64,000 nucleotides of DNA, taken from assembly GCA_965261975.1 (NCBI GenBank), contig CBDHEC010000057.1, forward strand, positions 1-64,000, read 5' to 3'. Below the pieces are notes generated by a model. It worked only from the letters and a program-made list of their open reading frames with translations, did not search any database and was not told the DNA's origin. The position numbers were made by a program, and so were the translations under genes. Below are positions 20,048 to 31,021 of this stretch, one piece after another; within the stretch, counting starts at the first letter, position 1; the number at the start of each line of letters is the position of its first letter. This stretch comes from Alphaproteobacteria bacterium. Its GTDB lineage: Bacteria > Pseudomonadota > Alphaproteobacteria > UBA6615.

Positions 20048-22035
20048 TACTCGAACTCGATAATGGCCTGATCGACCGCGAGGCTGTCGCCCGGTGAGGC
20101 ATGCAGGGCCTTCACCACCCCGTCGGCCGTCGCGCGGAGTACATTCTCCATTTTCATGGCCTCGACGACCGCAACCTCTTCACCGGCGCGAACGGGCGTG
20201 CCCTCGTCGACGGCAACGGAAACCAACAGGCCCGGCATGGGTGACAGCACAAACCGGCTCAGATCGGGGGGCACCTTCTCGGGCATGCGGGCATCGAGTT
20301 CCGCGCCCCGCGACGTGAGCACCCGTGCGATCGCCTCCACGCCGCGATGGGTCAACCGGTAGGCCACGCCGGTCCGGTCAACCTGGAAGGTCGCCGCGGC
20401 GTCGTCAAACTGTGCAGAGAACACAGGGTCACCCAACACCCAATCGGTTGAGAAGGACAGCGTTTGGCCGTTGACCGAGACGTCCGCGCCATCAGACCGA
20501 TAGCTCACCGTAACCTCGTCTGTCGCGTCGCCCATCTGTACCTGCCAGGGGGTCACGCGGCCCGGCAGCGCCGGCGAGCCGGTCGTGCCCGACTGACGCG
20601 CGCGATCGGCAAATCGGCCATGAATGTATGCGGCCACTGCCGAGAAACGATCGCGAAGCGGGCCCTCCGGGGCCGCCGGGGCATATCCATCGGGATACTC
20701 CTCGGCGATGAAGTTCGTCGTCAGGCGCCCTTCCGCGAAACGGGGGTGAGCCATGATCGACGCAAGGAAGGCCGTGTTATTGCCGGTGCCACGGATGAAA
20801 TATCCGTCGAGCGCATCCTGCATGCGGGCGATCGCCTGTTCTCGATCCGCACCATGGGTGGCGAGCTTGGCGATCATGGGGTCGTAGAATATCGAGATCT
20901 CGGACCCCTCGCCCACTCCGGTATCGATCCGTACGCTCGTGCCGTCTTGTGCAGGCGCGCGATAACGCACCAAACGACCAATTGCCGGAAGGAAATTGCG
21001 GCTCGGGTCTTCGGCATACACCCGCGTCTCGACCGCCCAACCGTCGATCGTCACGTCTTCCTGGCGCAGCGACAGTTTCTCACCATCCGCCACACGGATC
21101 ATCTGCTCCACCAGATCGAGCCCCGTGATCATCTCGGTCACCGGATGTTCGACCTGCAGGCGGGTATTCATCTCCAGGAAGTAGAAATTCCGGTCCTTGT
21201 CGACAATGAACTCGACCGTGCCGGCAGACCGGTACCCCACCGCCGCCGCCAAGGCGCAGGACTGTGCCCCCATGGCCGCGCGGGTTTCTTCGTCGAGGAA
21301 CGGCGACGGCGCCTCCTCCACAACCTTTTGGTGGCGGCGCTGGATCGAGCATTCGCGCTCCCCCAGGTAGATCACGTTGCCGTGGGCGTCTGCCAGGACC
21401 TGGATCTCGATATGGCGCGGTTCCTCGACATACTTCTCGATGAAGATCCGGTCGTCGGCGAAACTGGACCGCGCCTCATTCTGGGCGGACCGAAAGCCTT
21501 CATCGACCTCGTCTTCGCTGTAGGCGATGCGCATGCCTTTGCCACCACCACCGGCAGACGCCTTGATCATCACCGGATAGCCGATTTCGCCGGCGATCTT
21601 TATCGCCTCGTCGACATCCGCAATGGTGTCCATGTGGCCCGGGACCGTGCTGACTCCGGCCGCATCGGCCAGTTTCTTGGACTCGATCTTGTCGCCCATC
21701 GCGGCGATCGCATCGGGCGGCGGCCCGATGAAAGCAATGCCTTCCGCCTCCAGCGCGCGTGCGAAATCGGCATTCTCCGACAGAAAACCGTAACCGGGAT
21801 GTACCGCATCCGCGCCGGTATCCCGGATGGCGGCGAGGATCTTCTCCGAAACCAGATAACTCTCGGCGGCAGGCGGCGGACCGATATGGACGGCTTCGTC
21901 GGCCATGCGCACATGCAAAGCCCCCGCATCGGCGTCCGAGTAAACGGCAACCGTCGCGATCCCCATTTCTTTCGCACTGCGAATGACACGGCAGGCGATT
22001 TCGCCCCGGTTCGCGATGAGAATTTTCTTAAACAT
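20047..22035 (-). CDS. pccA: Propionyl-CoA carboxylase alpha subunit
   Basis: ANRGEIA, GGGGKGM, RECSIQRRHQK, EAMKM biotin site; pccB nearby. Confidence 0.9.
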   Translation of the reverse strand: MFKKILIANRGEIACRVIRSAKEMGIATVAVYSDADAGALHVRMADEAVHIGPPPAAESYLVSEKILAAIRDTGADAVHPGYGFLSENADFARALEAEGIAFIGPPPDAIAAMGDKIESKKLADAAGVSTVPGHMDTIADVDEAIKIAGEIGYPVMIKASAGGGGKGMRIAYSEDEVDEGFRSAQNEARSSFADDRIFIEKYVEEPRHIEIQVLADAHGNVIYLGERECSIQRRHQKVVEEAPSPFLDEETRAAMGAQSCALAAAVGYRSAGTVEFIVDKDRNFYFLEMNTRLQVEHPVTEMITGLDLVEQMIRVADGEKLSLRQEDVTIDGWAVETRVYAEDPSRNFLPAIGRLVRYRAPAQDGTSVRIDTGVGEGSEISIFYDPMIAKLATHGADREQAIARMQDALDGYFIRGTGNNTAFLASIMAHPRFAEGRLTTNFIAEEYPDGYAPAAPEGPLRDRFSAVAAYIHGRFADRARQSGTTGSPALPGRVTPWQVQMGDATDEVTVSYRSDGADVSVNGQTLSFSTDWVLGDPVFSAQFDDAAATFQVDRTGVAYRLTHRGVEAIARVLTSRGAELDARMPEKVPPDLSRFVLSPMPGLLVSVAVDEGTPVRAGEEVAVVEAMKMENVLRATADGVVKALHASPGDSLAVDQAIIEFE

Positions 22036-22162
22036 GTCCCGAAACTACGAAAGCATGTTGCACTGCGCAATTAATGAATTTGTACCGAGTTCCGGCCATG
22101 AACACATGGACGAAGCAGCAACGCGGCCTTAGCCTGCAGTTTCGGTCATTGCGGGTGTTCTC

Positions 22163-23941
22163 TTGAGTCAGGATATAGCGAAACGCCGACGTTTCAGCCT
22201 CGCCACCATATTGGTCGGCGGGGTCACCCTGCTGCTTCTGCTGGCGGTTGGCAGCGTGATTTTCGTGACGCTGACCAGCGCGACGCGCAACACCTTCGAG
22301 CTACTTGCCGACCAGGCAGACGACACGCTGGATATTCTTGAGGCGCAGATCGACAGCCAGCTGGCTCCCGCGATCGTAGCCGCAGGCGAGTTCGCCGCCC
22401 AGTTCGCGGATGGTCGACTCAATCTCGAAGACAAGCGCGACAACACCTTTCACGCTTTCGCCGGATCTATCTCATCTAGCCCCCAGATGACGGCGATAAT
22501 TTTCATTCGCGCCGACGGCGAGTCCATCACCATCACGCGGCAGGAGGGATTCCCAATAGAGGTTCAATCGAACAGCTCCAGCCTAAAACGCCAAAAGATT
22601 GCGCTCAGCGCTGCTGCTTCACGTCGAAACTCGTTTTGGGTGCCACCTCTCTGGATTCCGCAGGTGCGGCAGGCGATTCTGGCCCACGTGGCACCCGTAT
22701 GGCGAGGCGACGAGTTCCACGGCGCCGTGATCACGTCACTAACCCTTTCAGAGGTATCTGAATTTCTGGAGAGACTTCAGACCGAGAGTGAACTCAGTGC
22801 GTTCATCTTGTATGACGAGGACAAGGTGCTCGCGCACTCGCGCCTGATCGAGGCCAACTTCGAACAGCCCGATACGCCGGAAGGCACGCCTCTCCCTTCG
22901 ATCGACACGTTTCCGGAGCCCGCATTTCACATGTTGCGCGGCGGCGGAGACCGCGCGATCACCCTTCTGGAACTGGCCGGCAACATCCACGATGCCCGGG
23001 TCGATGACGAGCACGTTCTGCTGACGCGAAACAGCACACAGCACGGAAACGAACGCTGGACGCTCGGGGTCGTCCTGAAGCGCGACATTGTCGGTCAGGA
23101 ACTCGAACGTTTGACAAACACGGCCTTCATCGCGCTGGCGATATTCGCCCTGGCACTTGTCGCCGGCATCTGGTTCGCCAGGCACCTGAACCGGCAAATC
23201 GGCGGCCTGGTGACATCGGCCGCGGCGCTGACCCGCCTGGAAGTTGCCAACGCGCCGGAAGTTCCTGACAGCCGGATCACCGAACTGTCGGATGCGGCTC
23301 AATCTTTCAACCGCATGATCAGTGCGTTGCGTCTGTTTGAAACCTACGTACCCAAACAGCTCGTCCTCGGCCTCATGCAACGCGGCGAAACGATCGAGGT
23401 CTCCGAAGAACGGGTTCTGACGATCATGTTTACCGACATACGCGGCTTCTCGACCCGGGCCGAGCATATGGATGCCCGCGAGATCGCCGACCTGCTCAAC
23501 ACCCATTTCGAAATGCTGGGCAGCGCCATCGAGGCCTAAGGCGGGACCGTCGACAAATTCATCGGCGATGCGATCATGGCATTCTGGGGCGCACCAGAAC
23601 CGGCCCCCGACCACGCAGCGCGAGCCCTGCGGACCGCGACCGAGATTCAGCGGCGTGTCCGCGCCGACAATGACGCCAGGCGCGCACGAGGAGACGACCC
23701 CTTGCGCATCCGGGTCGGCATCCATACCGGGCGCGTCACCGTCGGCAATATCGGCTCGAAAAACCGCGTGAACTACACCGTCGTCGGCGATGCCGTGAAC
23801 ACAGCGTCGCGGATCGATTCCCTGGCCAAGGAAATCGCCACCGAGGAAGACTGCATCGTCCTGGTCAGCGGGAAATTCGCGGCCGCGAAGGCACTGTTGC
23901 AATATTTCAACTCGACGCCGACGCGACACCCAGCTAGGTAG
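22163..23941 (+). pseudogene. Membrane-bound class III adenylate cyclase (TM-sensor-TM-HAMP-cyclase), interrupted
   Basis: FTDIRGFS, then in-frame TAA at 23537-23539, then the same frame continues GGTVDKFIGDAIMAFWGAP...GIHTG...YTVVGDAVNTASR. The C-terminus also looks truncated. Confidence 0.8.
23912..23940 (+). promoter_or_regulatory. Putative promoter for a leaderless methyltransferase mRNA
   Basis: TCGACG-17 nt-TAGGTA ending 7 nt before ATG 23948; no SD present. Confidence 0.4.
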
Positions 23942-23947
23942 CTCCGC

Positions 23948-24682
23948 ATGAACACAGATGAACTCAACCGCCGGATTGCGGACTTCCCCTACTGGTACCA
24001 CCGTATCGAACTGACCGACGGCGTGGTCACGCCTGGCTGGGCGCCCATCGATGCACCCTCCTACAGGATTCCCGACGACCTCACCGGAAAGCGTGTGCTC
24101 GATATCGGTGCCTGGGACGGTTACTGGTCATTCGAAGCACTGAAACGCGGCGCAGACCAGGTTGTCGCGATCGATGACTTTTCGGACTATGTCGGCCACC
24201 TCGAAACCGAAGACCGGAAGGCATGGGAAACGTTCGATCTGTGCCGCGAGGCGCTCGGCTATGACGAAGACCGATGCCAGCGTCATGAATTGACGATCTA
24301 CGATCTGACGCCGGAGACCTTCGGGATGTTCGATGTCGTCTTTTGCTTCGGCGTTCTCTATCACCTGCGGTGGCCGATGTACGCGATCGACAAGCTGTCG
24401 TCTGTCTGCAGCGGGGATCTGTTCATCGAATCCGCCATCGCCGATGATTTCAGTGCCTACCGCGGCGGCCTCGGCAAGGGATTCGGTGCCGATATGGTCA
24501 TGGAATTCTATCCCAATGACGAATATGGCGAGAACGAAACCAACTGGTGGGCGCCGACGCTGCGGGCCATGGGCGGCATGGTCAAGGCGTCGGGGTTCGA
24601 GACCGTGCGCGGTTGGAAACTCACCGACACCCCGGCCCGCGTCTCGCAGTGCCGCGGGTTCGTCTGGGGCACCAAGAGCTAG
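23948..24682 (+). CDS. Class I SAM-dependent methyltransferase (DUF1698/CmoB-like)
   Basis: GKRVLDIGAWDG motif I; FDVVFCFGVLYHLR. Confidence 0.85.
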   Translation: MNTDELNRRIADFPYWYHRIELTDGVVTPGWAPIDAPSYRIPDDLTGKRVLDIGAWDGYWSFEALKRGADQVVAIDDFSDYVGHLETEDRKAWETFDLCREALGYDEDRCQRHELTIYDLTPETFGMFDVVFCFGVLYHLRWPMYAIDKLSSVCSGDLFIESAIADDFSAYRGGLGKGFGADMVMEFYPNDEYGENETNWWAPTLRAMGGMVKASGFETVRGWKLTDTPARVSQCRGFVWGTKS

Positions 24683-24697
24683 GCAGCGCAGACTCCG

Positions 24698-26230
24698 CTA
24701 AAGCGGAATATTGTCGTGCTTCTTCCACGGATTCTCGAGGGACTTGTTCTCGAGCAGGCGTAGCGCCCGGCAAATCCGGCGCCGCGAGCTGTGTGGATAG
24801 ATCACATCGTCGATGAAGCCCTTCTGCGCCGCGATGAACGGATTGGCAAAGCGCGTCCGGTATTCTTCCGTGCGGGCCTCGATTTTCTCCGGATCGTCCC
24901 GATCCTCGCGGTAGATGATCTCCACCGCCCCCTTCGGACCCATCACGGCGATTTCAGCCGTCGGCCAGGCATAGTTGATGTCGCCACGAATGTGCTTGGA
25001 CGACATCACGTCATACGCGCCGCCATAGGCCTTGCGCGTAATCAACGTCACCTTGGGAACGGTCGCCTCGGCATAGGCAAAGAGCAGCTTGGCCCCATGC
25101 TTGATGATGCCGCCATATTCCTGGGAGGTACCGGGCAGGAAACCGGGCACATCGACAAAGGTCACGATCGGGATATTGAAGCAATCACAGAAGCGCACGA
25201 AACGCGCCGCCTTCTTGGATGAATCGATATCCAGACAACCGGCGAGCACCATCGGCTGGTTTGCCACGAAGCCGACCGTGCGCCCCTCCATCCGCCCGAA
25301 GCCGATAACAATATTCCCGGCGTGGTCTGCCTGGAGCTCGAAAAAGTCTCCTTCGTCGACAACTTTCTCGATGAGCTCCTTGATGTCGTACGGCTTGAGC
25401 GGGTCAGAGGGTATCAAGGTGTCGAGCGACGGTTCTTCACGGTCGAATGGGTCGCTGGTCGGCCAGACCGGAGGCTGGTCGCGATTGTTCATCGGCAGGA
25501 AATCATAGAAACGCCGAAGCTGGAGCAGCATCTCCACGTCGTTCTCGAATGCGCTGTCGGCCACGCTCGACTTGGTGGTGTGGGTCGACGCGCCGCCAAG
25601 CTCTTCCTGGGTCACCTCCTCATGGGTAACGGTCTTCACGACTTCCGGGCCCGTGACGAACATGTAGGAAGTGTCCTGGACCATGAAAATGAAGTCGGTC
25701 ATGGCCGGCGAATACACCGCACCGCCCGCACAAGGTCCCATGATCGCCGAGACCTGAGGGATTACACCGGACGCATTGACATTGCGCTGGAAGACATCGG
25801 CATATCCGGCGAGTGAACCCACGCCCTCCTGAATGCGCGCACCACCGGAATCATTCAGGCCCAGCACGGGCACGCCATTCTTCATGGCCATGTCCATGAC
25901 CTTACAGATTTTCTGAGCATGGGCTTCGGACAACGAACCGCCAAACACCGTGAAATCCTGCGAGAACACGAACACCTTGCGGCCGTTGATCAGCCCCCAG
26001 CCGGTGACGACACCGTCGCCGGGTATGGGCTCGATATCAGCCGTCATTTCGTTCGGAGCCTGTTCGACGAACATGTCGAACTCCTCGAACGAATTCTCGT
26101 CGAGCAGCAACTCGAGGCGCTCGCGCGCGGTCAGCTTGCCCTTGCCGTGCTGCGCTTCTATTCGACGCTCACCACCACCGAGCCGTGCGCGAACACGGCG
26201 GGCTTCGAGTTGGTCCAGAATATCTTGCAT
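24698..26230 (-). CDS. pccB: Propionyl-CoA carboxylase beta subunit
   Basis: [38 protein letters not shown]-terminus. Confidence 0.93.
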   Translation of the reverse strand: MQDILDQLEARRVRARLGGGERRIEAQHGKGKLTARERLELLLDENSFEEFDMFVEQAPNEMTADIEPIPGDGVVTGWGLINGRKVFVFSQDFTVFGGSLSEAHAQKICKVMDMAMKNGVPVLGLNDSGGARIQEGVGSLAGYADVFQRNVNASGVIPQVSAIMGPCAGGAVYSPAMTDFIFMVQDTSYMFVTGPEVVKTVTHEEVTQEELGGASTHTTKSSVADSAFENDVEMLLQLRRFYDFLPMNNRDQPPVWPTSDPFDREEPSLDTLIPSDPLKPYDIKELIEKVVDEGDFFELQADHAGNIVIGFGRMEGRTVGFVANQPMVLAGCLDIDSSKKAARFVRFCDCFNIPIVTFVDVPGFLPGTSQEYGGIIKHGAKLLFAYAEATVPKVTLITRKAYGGAYDVMSSKHIRGDINYAWPTAEIAVMGPKGAVEIIYREDRDDPEKIEARTEEYRTRFANPFIAAQKGFIDDVIYPHSSRRRICRALRLLENKSLENPWKKHDNIPL

Positions 26231-26310
26231 CGCGCGTCCCTAGCGAAACCTGATGGAGTGTTCCACATAGCAGATTTTTCGGGACTCGGGCCAGATCAGG
26301 TCCGCCCGGT

Positions 26311-27015
26311 TCAATCCTTGCGCAGCAATTCCAGGAAAGCGGCAGCACAATCCGTATCGGCGCGCAGAATGTCCCGCCGGGCCTGGGCGTCAGCTTCTTC
26401 GCCCCACAGCTCGACCTGGTATGATTCGTCGAGCTGACCGACCTCAAACGCCGTATCGGCGTCCAGATGACCCTTCGAGAGCGCCAGGGCCACAATGATC
26501 GACCCGCTTGCCGACGTGGCAACGCCCAGGGCGGCCAGTTCATAGTCATCATGTGACGCGACGGCTGCACGCAGCTGCGCCAAAGACTCCGACGGCTGAT
26601 CTACCGGCAACAGCCCGTCTGTCACGACGAGTTCACACCCAAAGACCTCATGCGCCCAATCGAGCAATGGCTGCCAGGCCCGAGACTGACGAATAACGAG
26701 CTCCGACGGTGTCTGCGCGCGGTAATAAACCAGGTCGGTCGCGCCATAAGCCGCAATCTGGTCGATATATCCCTCACGGTCATCCGCCACTCGATCCACG
26801 GCGGTTGCCGCAATCCGGGTCAAGGGCATGGTCTCGACGTCTATTTTTTCGCCCTGTGCACGCCATTCATCGGCAATAGCGATCGCCAGCGCCTGGCTGG
26901 GTACCTGCAGGGCCTTGCGCATCGGTGTGCGTACGCTACGCGCGTCGAGGAGGACCTCATACGCGCCTTCATCACCTGCTTGCGCCGTCGTTACGTCTTT
27001 GTAAAAGCGATCCAC
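26311..27015 (-). CDS. ATP12 family chaperone
   Basis: RFYKDV, RTP, EWRAQGE, TDLVYYRA, WGEEADA; GTG start just after the asmA stop. Confidence 0.9.
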   Translation of the reverse strand: MDRFYKDVTTAQAGDEGAYEVLLDARSVRTPMRKALQVPSQALAIAIADEWRAQGEKIDVETMPLTRIAATAVDRVADDREGYIDQIAAYGATDLVYYRAQTPSELVIRQSRAWQPLLDWAHEVFGCELVVTDGLLPVDQPSESLAQLRAAVASHDDYELAALGVATSASGSIIVALALSKGHLDADTAFEVGQLDESYQVELWGEEADAQARRDILRADTDCAAAFLELLRKD

Positions 27016-27019
27016 GAAT

Positions 27020-29932
27020 TCAACGTTCCGTTTCGTTATCGATGTCGTTATCAGGTTTTGACTGCTTCGGCTTGTCGTCCTTGCCGTCACTCAAGGGCGT
27101 CGAGAGGGACGGTCCGCCCTTCCCATCACTCGCCTTGGCATACTGCACGCAAGGGTGATTGTTACCACCCAGATCGATGAGGCCGAGCAACGCTGCGGGA
27201 GGGAACACGATCGCCCCCAGGAAACTACCGATCTTTGCCAATGTGCCCAACGGGTCGGGAAGAAAGCTGGGGTCGTCCAGTGGTCCTCGAACGAGGACGG
27301 GCACCGCCAGGCTGAGGTCAAAGCCCCGCGGCCGGGGCTTGACCTTCATCTTGTAGTCTTCGGCGCCGAGATTGATGCTGCCTTCCGCGGTCAGAATAAT
27401 TACCTCGGTGCTCAGCAGATTCACCCGACTGGTCGCAACGCCGTCCTTGATCTCAAAATCATTTGCCATGCAATCCACGGCGACCCAGCTCTTACCGGCG
27501 AGGGTCTCGCTGATGCCGGAGAACAGGCCGCTGACATAACCCAGCCCCTCGTTGCGCATCCGCCCCTTGCTCATCAACTGACGCGCATGCCCGTCCAGAC
27601 TGCCGGCAATGGCCGCGATCGAGTTCCCCGATCCGGACAGGGCGACATCCAAGGCCCCGGAACCTTCAAGAACATCGAGATTTGCAAAATCCTTGAGGAG
27701 TTGCCCCACCTGGAGATTAGGCGCGCGCAACGACAATCCAACGATCGGTGTTTGCGCACGTGCATCGAGACTGAAATCACCACGCAAATCGCTGTTGGCG
27801 TAACGCGCCTCGAACGGCCGGACATGCAGATTGTCCTCTTCAAGAACGAGACGCAGATTCACATTCTCAAACACCCCGTATGGGGTCACAAACTTCTTGG
27901 GTTGAAACGAAATATCGAGATCCGCCGCGCGCAAGAACTCCAGCGGCAGGGGGTCGGTTGAAAACAGCTTCTCCGCACTCTTGGTCGGGACCGTCTTTTT
28001 CGCCTCTTCTGGCGTTATGGGATCGGGCCGGCGCGCCGGATCATAATCCGGGAAGATTCTTGTTATATCGGTGGTATCGGAAGTCACGACCGCTTCGACT
28101 TCGATCGCATCGGGGTCGAAAACCAAACGCCCCCGCCCCGCCATGTCTGTCGTCACACTCCGGAACGTGAACTTCTCGACAGCCACCTGCTCAAGGTCGC
28201 CTTCGATCGACGCGGTCAGGTCAACGGGATCGAGCGGCGGCCAATCTCCGCCGAGGAGAGGCTGAAAGCGCTCCAGCGCCTGCCCCTTGCCCGCGAGGTC
28301 GAGGCGATACTTCTTGAGAGGCTGATCGGCATTCACATCGAGCGTGACGTCGCCTTTGGACTGAATTTTATCAACGGTGAATCCGTCAAGCGTCAGCACC
28401 ATCGCAGGCAACGTACCCGTTACAGCCACACCGCCGTTGACCGGCCCAAGGTCCCCCAACTCGTCGCCCAGCATCTCACGAACCGGGTCGAGTGACTGAT
28501 CCTTCGCCGAAAGTTTCAGATCCAGCGTGACAAGTGGTTCGTCGGCCTCAAGTTCGGCGAGATCGACGCGGCCGGTACCGTGAATTCCACCGGCATCGAC
28601 ACCTGTTGTCTCAACGCGGGCCTTGTCGAGATCGCCGATCGCGCGAATCTCACCCTTGATGGGACCGAACTCCGGCAGCGTCACGCCCGCGATCGGGTTC
28701 ACGACGCCCAGGGTCTGGCCATCTGTCGTCAAAATCAGGTCGTAGGTAACCTTGGGATCATCCAGGACAGGTCCGACCGTGACCGTACCCGACAGGTAAC
28801 TGTCGGCGACCGCGACTCGATTGGGCTCGAAGCGCATGGCCTCGAGGTTTCCCGTGATGTTTATGCTCCCCTCCACCGCACCGATTTGGGCCAGGGATAT
28901 CCGGGCCATCGGCTCGATGGGCGCCAGGCCCTGACCGCGGAGTTCGGCCTTGAGGTCGAAATCATGATCCGCGCCATCCCCTGAAAGGGCGAGCTTCGTC
29001 GTTCCTGTGACATGGATATTTGCGACATCCAGCGCATTCAGCTTGACGACAGGATTACGCTGACCACCGCTGATATTTGCCGATAGAGCTATGTGGCCCA
29101 GTTGCGGCAATGGCGTGTCGAAAAACGGCTGGATCGTCGCGAAGGCATCGCCAGAGATCATGACATTCACGTCGAAACCCGACGGGTTTTTCGGGCCCCG
29201 CACATCCCCGTCAATTTCGACATTCAACCCAAACGCCTCGCCGGTCAGGTCGAACGGCACCGCGCGGTCGCCGCTGATAATGTCGTTCCATGATCCCACC
29301 CGGCCATCCAGGTCGACCTTGGCCGTGTCCTTGCCGAGACGCATGTCGGCCGCAATGTCGATATCGAGCGGGGCTCCCGGCTCCGACGGCAGTACTTTGA
29401 TGTGCTGGATGGTTCCGACGGTTTCCGGCCCACCCGGGCCATCGAGGAACGAAAACCGGACATCCTCGACTTCGAGCTCCGCGATTTCGAGATCAATCCC
29501 AAGATCTCCCCCGTGATCGTCTTGCGATTGCGAGTCCGGATCGCCGAAATCAAAACTGCTTCGGCCGTCTGAATCGGTTTCAACGTTCAACTGGGCGCCA
29601 CGCAATATCAGGCTGTCGATATCCAACCGTCCGCGCAGGAGAGGCACTAACTCGAAACGGACATCCGCTTCGGTTACGTGGGCCATTTCCGCCGAACGCG
29701 CCCATGTCGGATTAGACAGGCTGACATCGCGCACCGCGATCCGGGTGGTCCGACCCCATTCCAGTTCGATCGGCCCCTCGATCTTCAGGCTGCGCCCGGT
29801 TTCACGTGCCACATAAGCCGCGATACGGTCCTTGTGATCATTGGGATCGAGATTAAACAGGACAGCAAAACCTGCCACGCTCAGCGTGATTACAACCACC
29901 AGAACAAGCTTGAATACAGTGCGTACACGCAT
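27020..29932 (-). CDS. AsmA family protein with internal repeats
   Basis: N-terminal TM, TGRSLKIEG, LSNPTWA; C-terminal AsmA-like region (GPLDDP). Confidence 0.88.
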   Translation of the reverse strand: MRVRTVFKLVLVVVITLSVAGFAVLFNLDPNDHKDRIAAYVARETGRSLKIEGPIELEWGRTTRIAVRDVSLSNPTWARSAEMAHVTEADVRFELVPLLRGRLDIDSLILRGAQLNVETDSDGRSSFDFGDPDSQSQDDHGGDLGIDLEIAELEVEDVRFSFLDGPGGPETVGTIQHIKVLPSEPGAPLDIDIAADMRLGKDTAKVDLDGRVGSWNDIISGDRAVPFDLTGEAFGLNVEIDGDVRGPKNPSGFDVNVMISGDAFATIQPFFDTPLPQLGHIALSANISGGQRNPVVKLNALDVANIHVTGTTKLALSGDGADHDFDLKAELRGQGLAPIEPMARISLAQIGAVEGSINITGNLEAMRFEPNRVAVADSYLSGTVTVGPVLDDPKVTYDLILTTDGQTLGVVNPIAGVTLPEFGPIKGEIRAIGDLDKARVETTGVDAGGIHGTGRVDLAELEADEPLVTLDLKLSAKDQSLDPVREMLGDELGDLGPVNGGVAVTGTLPAMVLTLDGFTVDKIQSKGDVTLDVNADQPLKKYRLDLAGKGQALERFQPLLGGDWPPLDPVDLTASIEGDLEQVAVEKFTFRSVTTDMAGRGRLVFDPDAIEVEAVVTSDTTDITRIFPDYDPARRPDPITPEEAKKTVPTKSAEKLFSTDPLPLEFLRAADLDISFQPKKFVTPYGVFENVNLRLVLEEDNLHVRPFEARYANSDLRGDFSLDARAQTPIVGLSLRAPNLQVGQLLKDFANLDVLEGSGALDVALSGSGNSIAAIAGSLDGHARQLMSKGRMRNEGLGYVSGLFSGISETLAGKSWVAVDCMANDFEIKDGVATSRVNLLSTEVIILTAEGSINLGAEDYKMKVKPRPRGFDLSLAVPVLVRGPLDDPSFLPDPLGTLAKIGSFLGAIVFPPAALLGLIDLGGNNHPCVQYAKASDGKGGPSLSTPLSDGKDDKPKQSKPDNDIDNETER
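28103..29179 (-). repeat. Five tandem ~72-aa protein repeats in AsmA
   Basis: Equivalent positions G261, G333, G405, D478, G550 (spacing 72, 72, 73, 72). Confidence 0.75.
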
Positions 29933-30046
29933 CTCGGTGTCCTATCGATTCAATTGCCGGGGACCCACGACCGGCCCTGGTTGCTTAACGCACGCACCAA
30001 GAGGGTGCGAGGGGAGTTGCCCATAAAAGCCGCGATAAACCGCCAA

Positions 30047-31021
30047 TCACACCACTTTCGCGTCAAACCCGACAAATTCCCAGCTTTTCGCAAGAACATC
30101 GTCCAGCGGTGCTTCGAGTGTTAAGCGCTCTCCGCTTGCCGGGTGAGGCAGCTTCAGGCCGCGCGCATGCAAGTGCAATCTTTGCGGCAATCCGTCGACA
30201 TCGCTTTCACGTCCGCCATATTTACCGTCGCCCACAATCGGCGTTCCCATGGCCTTACAATGTGCCCTCAGCTGGTGGGTTCGACCGGTGCGCGGGCGTA
30301 ACTCGAGCCAAGCAATCCGTCGCGCGGCGTGGTCGAGGGTCCGATACTCGGTTTCCGCGGCTTGTCCATCATCAACCGATTCAACGCGCTGGCTCCCTTC
30401 GCCGCCGCGTTTAGCGAGTCGGGCATCAATCAGGCCGGAATCATGATCGGGAATCCCCACCACGAGCGCCCAATAGGTCTTCTCGACCTCGCGTCCTTGA
30501 AACATGACGGCCAACTGTGACGCCGTTTGCCGGTCACGCGCCAGCAACAAAAGCCCACTTGTGTCCTTGTCAAGACGGTGAACAAGACGCGGGCGGTCCT
30601 TGGCGTCGAACTGCAGCGCGTCGAGCATGCCGTCCAGGTGACGGTAGGTCTTTGACCCGCCCTGAACGGCCAAGCCCGCAGGCTTGTTCACGGCAATCAG
30701 AAACTCATCCTGATAGATAATGGACTTCCGCAATGCAGCCGCATCCGCCTTGTCGACCGTCGGGCGCGCTCGTTCGGACGGCGGCATATCAGTGGATTTC
30801 ACCGACATCGGCGGCACACGAATCTCCTGCCCCTGGCTCACCCGCTGTCCAGGCCTTGCACGATGGCCATCGACCCGAACCTGTCCGGTGCGCAACCATT
30901 TCGCCACCTGCCCGTATGACAGTTCCGGATAATGCCGCTTGAACCAGCGGTCGAGCCGCACCTCGCCATCGTCCGGCTGGACCGTGACATGTTGCACTGC
31001 TGAAAGGTCATCCTGGCTCAT
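30047..31021 (-). CDS. RluA family pseudouridine synthase (RluC-like, S4 domain)
   Basis: RLDRW, NKPAGL, HRLDKDTSG, GRTHQLR. Confidence 0.93.
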   Translation of the reverse strand: MSQDDLSAVQHVTVQPDDGEVRLDRWFKRHYPELSYGQVAKWLRTGQVRVDGHRARPGQRVSQGQEIRVPPMSVKSTDMPPSERARPTVDKADAAALRKSIIYQDEFLIAVNKPAGLAVQGGSKTYRHLDGMLDALQFDAKDRPRLVHRLDKDTSGLLLLARDRQTASQLAVMFQGREVEKTYWALVVGIPDHDSGLIDARLAKRGGEGSQRVESVDDGQAAETEYRTLDHAARRIAWLELRPRTGRTHQLRAHCKAMGTPIVGDGKYGGRESDVDGLPQRLHLHARGLKLPHPASGERLTLEAPLDDVLAKSWEFVGFDAKVV

